From positions 94,492 through 158,491 of the forward strand of contig JBAQNN010000002.1 of NCBI GenBank assembly GCA_049303835.1: a stretch of DNA of 64,000 nucleotides. The letters run 5' to 3'. Origin of the DNA: Minisyncoccia bacterium (GTDB lineage Bacteria; Patescibacteriota; Minisyncoccia; Phycocordibacterales; UBA9973). Both the position numbers and the translations under genes were made by a program. The notes under the pieces were generated by a model. That model was not told the DNA's origin. It did not search any database and saw nothing but the letters and a program-made list of their open reading frames with translations. Shown here piece after piece: positions 18,872 to 29,016 of this stretch (positions within the stretch are counted from its first letter, which is position 1; every line of letters starts with the position of its first letter).

Positions 18872-20045
18872 AGTTTTGTGTAACTTTCACGAATCTTTTT
18901 TTGCCGATTTTAAGCGTTAAGTTTTCTGAAACTTTTAAATTTACATCTGTAATATTAGTATTATTGCCTAAATCATGGATGGCGTTTTCTAAAACAAGTC
19001 TGCGCCATTCCCCTTTTGAAGACAACACTTTGCTCTTTACTAAAACTTCACTCAACAATTCTCCCGCGCCGGCTTTTATCTCTTCCATTTCATCCGGAAT
19101 TTCTTTTTTCTGAAAAGTTTTTACAAAGTTTTCCTCGGCCTCTTTCGCTTTTTTCTCCCCATGATAGATTTTCACAATTTCAAAAGCCAGACGCATTTTT
19201 GCATCCCGTGGGTTTTCATTTTGAGGGATTTCTAAATCAGAAATATTTGTGCAAAGTTTAAAGTATTTAGGAATAAGCTCATCACGCAAAGCCATAATCT
19301 TACCAAACATATCATTTGGTTCATCGGTTATGTTTACGACATTTCCCCAAGAAGTGGACATTTTTCTTCCGTCCGTTCCCTCCAGCATTGAAACCGTCAA
19401 AATATCCTGTTCCGGCATCCCATAGTGTTTTTGAACTGTTCTACCGGCTTTCAAATTAAACAATTGATCAAAACCCCCTATTTCCACATCTGCTTTTACA
19501 ACAACACTATCATATCCTTGCATTAGCGGATACAAAAACTCACGCAGAGATATTTCTTCTTCTTTGTCAATTCTATCTTTGAAATTACGCCTATTGGACA
19601 TTTGTTGAACAGAAAAACTCTCAGCTAGTTCTGAGATTTCTTTAAATCCTAGTTTTCCCAACCATTTACTATTGTATTTAAATTCCGTTTTCTTTAAGTC
19701 TATAATCATGCCTAGTTGTTTGGCATAATTTTTCATATTTATTTTTATTTGTTTAGCTGTGAGCATCGGACGTTTTTCCAATTTATCTGATGGGTCTCCT
19801 ATCGTGGCCGTAAAATCTCCAACTATTAAAACGACCTTATGCCCCAGGTCTTGAAATTGTTTTAGTTTTTGCAATGGCACCGCTCTTCCTAGGTGAATTT
19901 TGGGTCCGGTTGGGTCAATACCTAGTTTTACCCGAAGAACTTTTCCTGAAAGAAGCTGTTTTTTGAGGTGTTCTTTTACAAAGACATCTTCCACTCCTCG
20001 GTTTAAAATTTCATCTATTTTTTTCTCATCCGTTATCACTTTCAT
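18870..20045 (-). CDS. tyrS: tyrosyl-tRNA synthetase
   Basis: 391 aa, GIDPTGPKIHLGRAV (HIGH-type), GDFTATIGDPS, KMSTS, C-terminal S4-like region. Confidence 0.85.
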   Translation of the reverse strand: MKVITDEKKIDEILNRGVEDVFVKEHLKKQLLSGKVLRVKLGIDPTGPKIHLGRAVPLQKLKQFQDLGHKVVLIVGDFTATIGDPSDKLEKRPMLTAKQIKINMKNYAKQLGMIIDLKKTEFKYNSKWLGKLGFKEISELAESFSVQQMSNRRNFKDRIDKEEEISLREFLYPLMQGYDSVVVKADVEIGGFDQLFNLKAGRTVQKHYGMPEQDILTVSMLEGTDGRKMSTSWGNVVNITDEPNDMFGKIMALRDELIPKYFKLCTNISDLEIPQNENPRDAKMRLAFEIVKIYHGEKKAKEAEENFVKTFQKKEIPDEMEEIKAGAGELLSEVLVKSKVLSSKGEWRRLVLENAIHDLGNNTNITDVNLKVSENLTLKIGKKRFVKVTQN

Positions 20046-20052
20046 AACTCGA

Positions 20053-20061
20053 ATAATACCA
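20053..20061 (-). promoter_or_regulatory. extended -10 (TGGTATTAT on minus strand) 7 nt upstream of tyrS ATG
   Basis: Read directly. Back-to-back with the PBP promoter in a 39-bp spacer. Confidence 0.4.
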
Positions 20062-20068
20062 CATTTTC

Positions 20069-20077
20069 TGCTATAAT
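20069..20077 (+). promoter_or_regulatory. extended -10 (TGCTATAAT) 7 nt upstream of PBP ATG
   Basis: Read directly. The same TTTTCTGCTATAAT string recurs at 9732-9745. Confidence 0.45.
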
Positions 20078-20084
20078 TCTATTA

Positions 20085-22607
20085 ATGCTTAAAATATTTC
20101 AAAACAAAAAATTATTGAAAAATCTGGCCTTATTGTTGGTTAGTCTTTTTGTTTTAATCTCCGGAATAGTGCTTGTTCTACTTTTTTCCTTAAAAATTCC
20201 GGATTTTCATTCTATAGAAGAAAGAAGGGTGGAAAACTCTACCCAGATTTTTGATCGTACTGGAGAAGTTTTGCTTTTTGATATACACCAAGATGTAAAA
20301 AGAACTGCCATCCCATTTGAACAAATGGGTATAAACATTAAGAATGCCACTGTGGCTATTGAAGACTCGGAATTTTATAACCATAGTGGAATACGCATAA
20401 CTTCTATAATCCGTGCAGTTTTTTCAAATATTTTTGGTGTCGGCATTGGTGGAGGCGGATCAACCATAACTCAGCAGTTAGTAAAAAATACCCTGTTGAC
20501 TCAAAGTAGTGGCCTGGGAAGATATGTCAGAAAAATAAAAGAATGGTTTTTGGCGGTAAAAATAGACAGCTCCATCCCGAAAGAAAAAATTTTGGAAGCC
20601 TATTTGAATGAAATTCCTTACGGAGGAAATATTTACGGCATCCAGGCCGCCAGCAAAACCTACTTCAATAAAAATGCAGAGGGTCTCTCTTTGGCAGAGG
20701 CAGCGTATTTGGCAGCTATCCCCCAATCTCCAACCGTTCTTTCTCCATACGGAAAAAACAAAGAAAGATTGGAAACTAGAAAAAATTTAGTACTTTCTAG
20801 AATGTTGGAACTTAAATTTATTTCTGAAGATGAATACAAAAAGGCAAAGAGTGAGGTGGTGGCTTTCATCCCCCAAGCGACGATGGGTATCCGAGCGGCA
20901 CACTTTGTTTTTTATATTAAAGATTACATAGAACAAAAATATGGGCAATTGGCCACCGGGGGTGGACTCAAGGTGACTACGACAATTGATGCAGAACTAC
21001 AGGCAAAAGCGGAAGAATTTGTAAAAGAGGGAGCTCTAAAAAACGAGAGAGATTGGAACGGTAAAAATGCCGGTCTGGTAGCCATAGACCCAAAAACGGG
21101 ACAAATTTTAACGATGGTTGGTTCAAGGGATTATTTTGATAAAGAAATTGACGGTAACTTCAATATAACCACCGCCAACAGACAACCTGGATCCTCTTTT
21201 AAGCCTTTTATTTACGCTACGGCCTTCAATAAAGGCTTTACTCCTGACACCGTGCTGTTTGACTTACCTACGGAATTTCAAACAACCTGTGACGCATCAG
21301 GCAGAGCCTTGCCTGGACGTAGTCAGAGCAACTGCTATATGCCGGACAACTATGATGGAAAGTTTCGTGGTCCAATGAGTCTAAAGGATGCCTTGGCCCA
21401 ATCAATCAACATTCCAGCGGTAAAACTTCTTTATTTATCTGGTTTGTCTGATTCACTCAAAACAGCCGAGAGTATGGGAATAAGTACTTTGGGAGATGTC
21501 GGCCAGTATGGGCTTACTCTCGTCATCGGAGGTGGTGAGGTTTCACTTCTTGATATGACTTCCGCTTATGGAGTTTTTGCCAACGAGGGAATAAAAAATC
21601 AACACACTGGAATTTTAAAAATTGAAGATTTAAAAGGAAATGTTTTAGAAGAGTTTAGGCCAAACGCGCAAGAAGTTCTGCCTAAAAACACAGCCTTAAC
21701 CATTTCCAATATTTTGTCCGACGAAGAAGCTCGTGTGCCCACCTTTGGATCTCATTCCTCTTTATATATTCCAAACAAAAATGTAGCGGTAAAAACAGGA
21801 ACGACAAACAACAACAAGGATGCTTGGATCATCGGATACTCCCCATCTATCGCAGTGGGTGTCTGGGCTGGAAACAATGACAACACGCCAATGAAAAAAG
21901 GAGGAGCTGCAATGGCGGGACCTATTTGGAACAAATTTATGAGTGAAGCATTAAAAAACCTACCAAATGAAAGTTTTGAAGAACCAAACTTAGAAATTGA
22001 TCCAACTCAAGTAAAACCTGTTCTTCGTGGATTTTGGCAAGGAAACGAAAACTTTTTTATAGATAAAATTTCCGGTAAGTTGGCTACGGAAAACACCCCC
22101 AAAGAAACTTTGATAGAAAAAGTTGTTACTAATGTGCACTCAATTTTATATTGGGTGGACAGAGATGACATTTTGGGTCCTCCTCCCCTCGGTAAAGACA
22201 ACCCGGTACAGTTTAACCACTGGGAAACACCCGTACAAAACTGGTGGGCACAAAACAAAAATAAATACCCCACCACAACCTGGAGCGACAAGCCAACCTC
22301 ATCAGACGACATACACACCGATTCTTCAAGTCCTTCAGTTTTAATTACTGAACCAAACAATGTAAAGGTTTATTCTCCTAATCAAAAAATAAATCTTGAA
22401 ATTCTTACTTCTGGCCCGTTTCCTTTACAAAAAATAGATATTTTTATAAATAATATTTATTACGAAACAGTGGAAACTCCTTTCAACTTTTCCTTCCTAC
22501 CTAGAGAGTTGGAAAACCTAGAAAATAACAATGAATTAAAAATAATTTCTTACGACACAGCATTTAATCGTAGTGAGGTAAGTGTAATTTTTAGAGTGGA
22601 TCTGTAA
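20085..22607 (+). CDS. class A penicillin-binding protein (transglycosylase + transpeptidase)
   Basis: 840 aa, GT51 motifs (EDSEFYNHSGI, GGSTITQQL), transpeptidase SxxK (GSSFKP), SxN, KTGT. Confidence 0.9.
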   Translation: MLKIFQNKKLLKNLALLLVSLFVLISGIVLVLLFSLKIPDFHSIEERRVENSTQIFDRTGEVLLFDIHQDVKRTAIPFEQMGINIKNATVAIEDSEFYNHSGIRITSIIRAVFSNIFGVGIGGGGSTITQQLVKNTLLTQSSGLGRYVRKIKEWFLAVKIDSSIPKEKILEAYLNEIPYGGNIYGIQAASKTYFNKNAEGLSLAEAAYLAAIPQSPTVLSPYGKNKERLETRKNLVLSRMLELKFISEDEYKKAKSEVVAFIPQATMGIRAAHFVFYIKDYIEQKYGQLATGGGLKVTTTIDAELQAKAEEFVKEGALKNERDWNGKNAGLVAIDPKTGQILTMVGSRDYFDKEIDGNFNITTANRQPGSSFKPFIYATAFNKGFTPDTVLFDLPTEFQTTCDASGRALPGRSQSNCYMPDNYDGKFRGPMSLKDALAQSINIPAVKLLYLSGLSDSLKTAESMGISTLGDVGQYGLTLVIGGGEVSLLDMTSAYGVFANEGIKNQHTGILKIEDLKGNVLEEFRPNAQEVLPKNTALTISNILSDEEARVPTFGSHSSLYIPNKNVAVKTGTTNNNKDAWIIGYSPSIAVGVWAGNNDNTPMKKGGAAMAGPIWNKFMSEALKNLPNESFEEPNLEIDPTQVKPVLRGFWQGNENFFIDKISGKLATENTPKETLIEKVVTNVHSILYWVDRDDILGPPPLGKDNPVQFNHWETPVQNWWAQNKNKYPTTTWSDKPTSSDDIHTDSSSPSVLITEPNNVKVYSPNQKINLEILTSGPFPLQKIDIFINNIYYETVETPFNFSFLPRELENLENNNELKIISYDTAFNRSEVSVIFRVDL

Positions 22608-22610
22608 AAT

Positions 22611-22868
22611 CTACTTTATGTCTCGTGGAGTTTTTTTTCCAAAAGATTCTTCTAGTTTAGATAGAATTAAATTCTGTTTTAAAAAAACTTCATTTTTGTA
22701 GATAGGTTTTATGTTTAAATAAAGTATATTATCTTTTATCTTAATATCTTCAGATGATATACTTATCTTAACAACTTCAGATATAATCTTCTTTATCACT
22801 TCTTTTTTTTCTTCCTCTCTAAAAAGAATTTTATTAAACCTAGCCAGCAAGTCCTTAATTTCAATCAT
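22611..22868 (-). CDS. small protein downstream of dnaN, possibly DUF721/DciA-like
   Basis: 85 aa. The call rests on position after dnaN and a loose pattern (ILYLNIKP...EVFLKQNLILSKLEESFG). Weak. Confidence 0.3.
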   Translation of the reverse strand: MIEIKDLLARFNKILFREEEKKEVIKKIISEVVKISISSEDIKIKDNILYLNIKPIYKNEVFLKQNLILSKLEESFGKKTPRDIK

Positions 22869-22875
22869 ATGAGTT

Positions 22876-23973
22876 TTATCTATTCATTGGCATAATGAGA
22901 TAGGTAAAAGAAGAATCAGAGACCGGGGATACAACCATAGGACTTCCTGTGCCGGAGAGTTTTATAGAAACACTATCAGTGACAATTGACTGAAAACAGT
23001 CCAAAAAGTATTTATAGTTGAAAGAAAGTTCTATGTTTTCACCGTTTATAACGGCATCTAAATAAGTTTTATTTTCTCCCACATCGTTGTTGGAAGATGA
23101 AAACTCTAAAATCTTTTCTTTTGGAATAATCTTTAAATTAACTTGATTAAACTTGTCTGAAAAGATATTAGACAACTTTAAGGCATTCAATAAATCTTGT
23201 TTGAGAACCACTACCTCCGTAGTTGTGTTTTTGGGAATAATTTGACGATAATCTGGAAAAATACCGTCAATTATTCGTGAAGTTAAGTAAATGTTATCAG
23301 AAGAAAGTGAAATTTGATTTTTATTAAAACAAACCTTTAGGACCCCCTGAAATTCCCCAAAAACCTTCAAAATTTCAGCTATGTTTTTATAAGGAACAAG
23401 AATACCTGAAATTTCCTCAACCCCCTTCGCTTTTACCTTTTTTTCGGCCAACCTAAAAGAATCTGTTGAAACAAAAACCAAATTATCTCCGTTGGTATAT
23501 ATAAAAACACTTGAAATTTCTGGCTTTATATCGGAAACAGAGGAGCTATAATAAACTGATTTAATTCCCTCAATAAGTTTTTTTGATTCTATTTCAAAAC
23601 TTGTTCCCGTCACAGTGGGAATGGTTGGAAAATCTTCGTGAGGCTGACATTTTAATCTTATTTGACTTTTTTTTGTTTTAATTAAAAGATTTTCATCCTT
23701 TTTTTCCAACTGAACATTTTCATTTTGAGAAACGTTGGAAAAAATAGCGTTTAGCACCGAACCTGAGATAGCCAAAGTTCCTTCTTTTTCTATTTTAGCT
23801 GAAATTTCAACTTCAATACCCAAGTTTAAGTTGGTGGATCTCATTTTTAATGATTTACCCGAAGCAATCAATAAAATTGAGCTTAAAACGGGAAGGGTTA
23901 GATTTTTGCCGGTAATTCTCTCTACTTGAGATATTCCATTTTTGAGTTTTTCAACCGAACATTCTATTTTCAT
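22876..23973 (-). CDS. dnaN: DNA polymerase III beta sliding clamp
   Basis: 365 aa, three-domain clamp pattern, MKIECSVEKL..., position next to dnaA. Confidence 0.9.
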   Translation of the reverse strand: MKIECSVEKLKNGISQVERITGKNLTLPVLSSILLIASGKSLKMRSTNLNLGIEVEISAKIEKEGTLAISGSVLNAIFSNVSQNENVQLEKKDENLLIKTKKSQIRLKCQPHEDFPTIPTVTGTSFEIESKKLIEGIKSVYYSSSVSDIKPEISSVFIYTNGDNLVFVSTDSFRLAEKKVKAKGVEEISGILVPYKNIAEILKVFGEFQGVLKVCFNKNQISLSSDNIYLTSRIIDGIFPDYRQIIPKNTTTEVVVLKQDLLNALKLSNIFSDKFNQVNLKIIPKEKILEFSSSNNDVGENKTYLDAVINGENIELSFNYKYFLDCFQSIVTDSVSIKLSGTGSPMVVSPVSDSSFTYLIMPMNR

Positions 23974-24212
23974 ATATTTGTTTATATCTTATATAAATAA
24001 ATTATTAGTAATATTAGTGTTGTTAATAAGTGGATAATTATTTTTATATTTATTAAATATACTTATTTTTAATTTATAAACTGAACTTAAATCTAATAAC
24101 TTTTTGTCTTATGTTTATGAAAATATTTTTTATTTTTAATTTTTCTTTTTATTCGCGTTAATTAACAGATTTTGTCTGGTTTGTTATATTGTTTTTCCCT
24201 ACTTATAAACAG
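23974..24212. other. candidate oriC / DNA unwinding region (very AT-rich dnaA-dnaN spacer)
   Basis: 239-bp spacer, by eye >80% AT with A/T tracts. One near-consensus DnaA box at 24029-24037 (TTATCCACT on the minus strand). Confidence 0.5.
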
Positions 24213-25556
24213 CTATTTAAACATAATTCTTATTTGTTCCAACTCTTGCAGCAACGAAGAATCATTTTTTAAGTCAGTTTTTATTTTTAAACAAGAGTGG
24301 ATGACTGTCGTGTGATCCTTTCCCCCCAATTTTTGTCCAATTAGCGGATAAGATACATTAAAGTCTTCTCGGAGTAGATACATGACTACTTGTCTTGCTC
24401 TGACTATTTCCTTTTTTCTTGTTTTCTCATAAATTGAAGATTCTTCCAATTTATAATATTCACTCACTATCTTTACTACATCCTTTATGGCCATGTTTTT
24501 CTTTGGTCTAAGGTTGTTTTTGAGTAGATTTTTTACCTCTACAAGCGTCAATGGTTTGTTTTTTAGTTTATATTGGCAAACAATAAGGTTAAGACTTCCT
24601 TCCAGCTCCCTGATGTTTCCCTGAACTGCCCCCGCCACGTAATCTATCACCTCCTCAGCCAAATCAACATTTAATTCACGGAGTTTAACCTTTAAAATAG
24701 CCAGACGTGACTCATATTCAGGCTCAGATATGTCAACGATCATACCAGCAGCAAAACGAGACTTTAGTCTATCCGCCAGCTCTGGAATGTAGTTTGGGTG
24801 TTTGTCTGAAGAAAAGATAATCTGTTTGTTGTTTTCATAAAAAGTGTTAAATGTGTGAAAAAGTTCTTCTTGAATTTTTTCCATTTTTCCAATGAATTGG
24901 ATATCGTCTATTATTAACAGGTCGTATTTACGATATTTTTCTTTAAAAGAATTTGCTTTGTTGTTTTGGAGTGAATTTACAAAATCTGTGGCAAATTTTT
25001 CCAAGGTCATATAGTGTACCTTTTTATTTGGATATTTTTCTTTTATTGAGTTTCCCACCGCCTGAATCAAGTGTGTTTTTCCTAGTCCAGTACCTCCATA
25101 AATAAAAAATGGGTTATATTTTGTTCCAGGAGAGTCTATTATTGCCTGGGCTGCAGCATAAGCGAGCTCATTGAAAGTTCCGACGATAAACGAATTGAAT
25201 TGATAGCGTGGATTTAGGTTGTCTTCCAGATTTATGTATAAATCTTTTAGGGGTAGTTCTTTTTCTATGGTTATTTCATTTATTGGCGCTGGTTCTTGTT
25301 TTACATTTTCTGTTTTAACAATAGTATATTCTACGGCACGCATATTTTCATAGGCATCGGCAATGGTTTTGGTTATCAATTTGTGATATTTATTGATAAG
25401 CCAGTCGCGGACGAACTCGTTTGGCACCCCAATATAAACAATACCGGTATCTTCTTTTATGATGGATGTGTTTTTAAACCAGGTACTAAAATTTGCTTTT
25501 GATATACCAGATTCTATTTCCATTAGACAACTTTTCCACAACTCTTTTGTATTCAT
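24213..25556 (-). CDS. dnaA: chromosomal replication initiator DnaA
   Basis: 447 aa, AAA+ Walker A GGTGLGKTH, Walker B LLIIDDIQF, C-terminal DNA-binding HTH (GGKDHTTVIH). Confidence 0.95.
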   Translation of the reverse strand: MNTKELWKSCLMEIESGISKANFSTWFKNTSIIKEDTGIVYIGVPNEFVRDWLINKYHKLITKTIADAYENMRAVEYTIVKTENVKQEPAPINEITIEKELPLKDLYINLEDNLNPRYQFNSFIVGTFNELAYAAAQAIIDSPGTKYNPFFIYGGTGLGKTHLIQAVGNSIKEKYPNKKVHYMTLEKFATDFVNSLQNNKANSFKEKYRKYDLLIIDDIQFIGKMEKIQEELFHTFNTFYENNKQIIFSSDKHPNYIPELADRLKSRFAAGMIVDISEPEYESRLAILKVKLRELNVDLAEEVIDYVAGAVQGNIRELEGSLNLIVCQYKLKNKPLTLVEVKNLLKNNLRPKKNMAIKDVVKIVSEYYKLEESSIYEKTRKKEIVRARQVVMYLLREDFNVSYPLIGQKLGGKDHTTVIHSCLKIKTDLKNDSSLLQELEQIRIMFK

Positions 25557-25624
25557 TGTTTTTATCTTACACTATTTATAAAACAGGGGGTATATGTAAT
25601 ATCTTATTAACTATGTTGATAAGC

Positions 25625-25633
25625 TGTGGATAA
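25625..25633 (-). promoter_or_regulatory. perfect DnaA box (TGTGGATAA on + strand) in dnaA-rpmH spacer
   Basis: Read directly. Lies in the dnaA upstream region. Confidence 0.6.
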
Positions 25634-25710
25634 GTTTGTTGCCGGCATGATTTGTTTATCACACAAGACTTGGATTTGATAAAAACCGGATGATGTTATA
25701 TACTACCTGT

Positions 25711-25845
25711 ATGTCACAAACATATCAACCTAAAAAGAGAAAAAGAGCAAAAGCCCATGGATTTTTAGTTAGATCTAAGACCAAAACAGGCCAAAAGGTT
25801 CTTTTAAGAAGAAGAAGAAAAGGACGAGCGAAGCTCTCTGTTTAA
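25711..25845 (+). CDS. rpmH: 50S ribosomal protein L34
   Basis: Own translation (44 aa, below track cutoff): [44 protein letters not shown]. Confidence 0.9.
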   Translation: MSQTYQPKKRKRAKAHGFLVRSKTKTGQKVLLRRRRKGRAKLSV

Positions 25846-25868
25846 AACACACTAGAAGCCGAAAAAGT

Positions 25869-26192
25869 ATGCTCAAAAAAATAAATAGGGCTGACAGAAA
25901 GACGGTGGAGAACATCTTCAAGAAAGGAAAATTCCTCAATTCTTTAAATTTGACCTTTAAATTTTTAAAAATTACCCAAGAAGACAAAAAAATCTCTATT
26001 TTAGTTCCTAAAAGTGTAGCAAAGTCGGCAGTAAAAAGAAATTTATTGAGGCGTTTAGGGTATAGAGCCATGGAAAAACAAATAAAGAGCTCCCCTTCTG
26101 GAATTATAGGGGTTTTTATATTTAAGAAGTATCAGGAGGATGTTTTGGTATTAGAAAATGAAATTAAAGACATTTTTTCTAAAATTAATTGA
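25869..26192 (+). CDS. rnpA: RNase P protein component
   Basis: 107 aa, basic, position after rpmH, AVKRNLLRRRL-type RNR motif (AVKRNLLRRLGY). Confidence 0.85.
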   Translation: MLKKINRADRKTVENIFKKGKFLNSLNLTFKFLKITQEDKKISILVPKSVAKSAVKRNLLRRLGYRAMEKQIKSSPSGIIGVFIFKKYQEDVLVLENEIKDIFSKIN

Positions 26193-26373
26193 TTTTTATC
26201 AAAAAAAGGTTTCAATTTTTAAAAAACCGAGTTGTGTTTTTTATCCGACTTGTTCCGAGTACACAAAACAAGCTATAGAAAAATATGGACTCCCTAAAGG
26301 AGTTCGTTTAGGATTTTTGCGTATTTTACGATGTCACCCCTGGCAAAAAAATCATATTGATCCACTACTTTGA
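26158..26373 (+). CDS. yidD: membrane protein insertion efficiency factor YidD
   Basis: 71 aa, CVFYPTCSEY...RCHPW motifs. Confidence 0.85.
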   Translation: MKLKTFFLKLIDFYQKKVSIFKKPSCVFYPTCSEYTKQAIEKYGLPKGVRLGFLRILRCHPWQKNHIDPLL

Positions 26374-26403
26374 TTTTTTTGTGTTTTCATATAGAATGAA
26401 TTA

Positions 26404-27138
26404 ATGCTTAGTAATATTTGGAATGTTGTTTTATATCAACCACTACTAAACGCCCTAGCTTTTCTCGTTTCCATTATCCCTGGTGGGGATGTGGGGATAG
26501 CTGTTATTCTCCTTACTATTCTTGTAAAAGTTATTCTTTTTCCTCTTTCTCAAAAATCCATAGAAAGTCAGGCTCAAATGAGCGTTTTAACCCCAGAACT
26601 CAATAAAATCAAAGCGAGCGGGGCAAGCAAAGAAGAACAAGCCAGGCAGACCTTTGAGCTCTATAAACAACACAAAACCAACCCTTTCTCTGGGTGTCTT
26701 TTGGTTTTAATTCAAATTCCCATTATTTTTGCCCTATACTATGTATTTTTGAAGGGAATAAATTTTGAAGGTGGGCACCTGTACTCCTTCATTCATATAC
26801 CAGAGCATAGTAATATGCTTTTCTTGGGTCTCCTAGACATTACTCAAAAAAGTCTGATTTTGGCTGTTTTGGCGGGCCTTTCCCAATACTTACAAGCACA
26901 TTTTGTACCAAAACCACCTGTTCCTTCTGTTGTAAGTGGTACTTCCCCCTCTTTCTCCGATAGTTTTGCCAAAAGTATGAACATGCAGATGAAGTACATC
27001 TTTCCTTTCATTGTCGCCTTTATCGCTTATAGTATTTCTGGCGCGGTTGCATTGTATTGGATTACGAGTAACCTATTTATGGTAGGACAACAGATTTATG
27101 TAAAAAAGAAGGAGTTTACAACATTAGTTATAAAGTAG
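26404..27138 (+). CDS. yidC: membrane insertase YidC (short Gram-positive-like form)
   Basis: 244 aa, five TM helices, conserved order after yidD. Confidence 0.85.
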   Translation: MLSNIWNVVLYQPLLNALAFLVSIIPGGDVGIAVILLTILVKVILFPLSQKSIESQAQMSVLTPELNKIKASGASKEEQARQTFELYKQHKTNPFSGCLLVLIQIPIIFALYYVFLKGINFEGGHLYSFIHIPEHSNMLFLGLLDITQKSLILAVLAGLSQYLQAHFVPKPPVPSVVSGTSPSFSDSFAKSMNMQMKYIFPFIVAFIAYSISGAVALYWITSNLFMVGQQIYVKKKEFTTLVIK

Positions 27139-27164
27139 AAAGTCATAAAGTTTATAAAGAATAG

Positions 27165-27650
27165 ATGGATAAAAACGAGATACAAAAATTAATAACAGAA
27201 TTGATTGAAAAAACTACAGTGAAATTAAATGATGTTTCTGTGGTAGAAGACGGGCCCAAAAACATCTGGGTTGCAGTAGAGGTGAGTGAACCACACTTCT
27301 TTATTTCACACGACGGTGAAGGTTTGCAAGCCCTAAACCATATTGTTCATAGAATTATTGAAGCTAAAAACCCTTCCCCCGCACCTGGTTTAGGAGAAAA
27401 AGCAGGGCTGGGAATCCTGGTGGATGTAAATGGTTTTCAAAAAAAGCACGTGGAGAATGTCCGAGCCATAGCTCATATGATGTCTGAGAGAGCGAGATAT
27501 TTTAAATCAAACATAGAAGTTGATCCGATGTCAGCCTTTGAGCGTAGAATTGTACACGAATTTTTATCCGATGCGCCTGATCTCAAAACCGAATCCATGG
27601 GTATGGGGCGTGATCGCCGAGTAGTTATCAAATATATCGGCTCTATTTAA
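27165..27650 (+). CDS. jag: Jag/SpoIIIJ-associated RNA-binding protein (KH + R3H)
   Basis: 161 aa, C-terminal R3H (ERRIVHEFL), position after yidC. Confidence 0.75.
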   Translation: MDKNEIQKLITELIEKTTVKLNDVSVVEDGPKNIWVAVEVSEPHFFISHDGEGLQALNHIVHRIIEAKNPSPAPGLGEKAGLGILVDVNGFQKKHVENVRAIAHMMSERARYFKSNIEVDPMSAFERRIVHEFLSDAPDLKTESMGMGRDRRVVIKYIGSI

Positions 27651-29007
27651 GTTCCAATTCCCAAAGGAAAGAGTCTTTTTTGTTTACAAAAAATAGATAA
27701 TTTTCCTCTGTATCAAGCGCGAGTTTTATGCTATCTGTCTCCTCTCCTCCTTCCACAGTGGTTGGGTCTAAAAGAAGAGTCGCATTTCCGGTAGTTAAAT
27801 CTATTTTCCAGAATTGATCTCCGAAAGATACTTCTCCACGATACCAAATATCCGGATATCCCGCTCCGGTAATTACTTTAGGAACTCCACAGTAGATGAC
27901 ATCGCTCACACTTCCCCAGACACATTTTTCCGGTAAAGTCCTTACCCCAAGAACTTCTGATGTCTTTGTGTCTGTATGGTAGATACCGAGAGCTAGGTTG
28001 TTGTTTCCATAAAGAATAGATTTTCCATCTGGACTAGTGAGGGTGGTCAATCCATTTATATTGCCGAAAATTTGGTGCAAGTTTTTATTATTTATTGGGT
28101 CCACGCCATATACAAATCCGGGGACAGAAGCGGCAGGTTTTGTGGTTAAAGTCATGAGTTTGTTGTTTGGCCACTCGGGCAACCACTCGGTGAATGGTGA
28201 ATCAAAGATTTGAGATTTTTTGTTGGTGGTCAGGTTTAAAGTTGTACCCACAATATTTTCTCCGACCTCAAACAGATAAAGAATACTTCCTTTGTCTCCC
28301 GACAGGCTCACATCCCTTATGTCTTCTGGCAAGAATGTTCCAGTTATTTCATTTTCTCCTGTAGTGTCTCCCCCCAAGACTTCTTTTGGCAAATTACCGA
28401 CAAAAGTAATGATGATGTTTCCATCTTCTTTTAAATATCTCATTATCACAGACTCTCCTTTGTTGCCAAAGAATGCTTCATATACTTTAGGAATCATTGT
28501 TCCGGAAAACTTCCTTTCTTCTATTTTATCCGCGAAAGTCTGATAGATGTTTCCTGTAGCTCTATCCACATACCTTAGAGCCGACACGAATTCTGTCGCC
28601 GGTGGGGTTGGTTTTGTGGTGGTCGTTGTTTTTGGAGTTGTTTCTTCCGGGGTGGTGGTATTTTCAGCAGGAGGAGTTGTCGGCGCTACCACAGGAGGAA
28701 TTTCTACTAGTCTTTCTTTAGTATAAACAGTAAAACCAGCCACGGGCATACTGGAGACCTTTTTAAGTTTTACTTCTTCCTGCTCGGGTCCTGGCTCGTA
28801 ACCGGAGACATCAGTAGGAGTGTCTCCTTTGGGCGTCGTCGGTGATTTGCCTCCCGTTCCAAATGGATTGAATTGTGAGATAAAGTTTGTCCCCTCTCCT
28901 TCTTCTCCTAGTGTCCCCGTGCCTTGTTGTAAATATAAAAATCCAAACACTACCAGGATAGTGATGATCAGAATTATTATTAAAAGTATAAAATTTCTTT
29001 TTGACAT
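27643..29007 (-). CDS. membrane-anchored protein with Thr/Pro linker and PD40/TolB-like beta-propeller repeats (last gene of T4SS-like operon)
   Basis: 454 aa, N-terminal TM helix, TTPPAENTTTPEETTPKTTTTTKPTPP linker, SPDGKSILY-type repeat. Confidence 0.5.
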   Translation of the reverse strand: MSKRNFILLIIILIITILVVFGFLYLQQGTGTLGEEGEGTNFISQFNPFGTGGKSPTTPKGDTPTDVSGYEPGPEQEEVKLKKVSSMPVAGFTVYTKERLVEIPPVVAPTTPPAENTTTPEETTPKTTTTTKPTPPATEFVSALRYVDRATGNIYQTFADKIEERKFSGTMIPKVYEAFFGNKGESVIMRYLKEDGNIIITFVGNLPKEVLGGDTTGENEITGTFLPEDIRDVSLSGDKGSILYLFEVGENIVGTTLNLTTNKKSQIFDSPFTEWLPEWPNNKLMTLTTKPAASVPGFVYGVDPINNKNLHQIFGNINGLTTLTSPDGKSILYGNNNLALGIYHTDTKTSEVLGVRTLPEKCVWGSVSDVIYCGVPKVITGAGYPDIWYRGEVSFGDQFWKIDLTTGNATLLLDPTTVEGGEETDSIKLALDTEENYLFFVNKKDSFLWELELK

Positions 29008-29016
29008 ATGTTTTTA

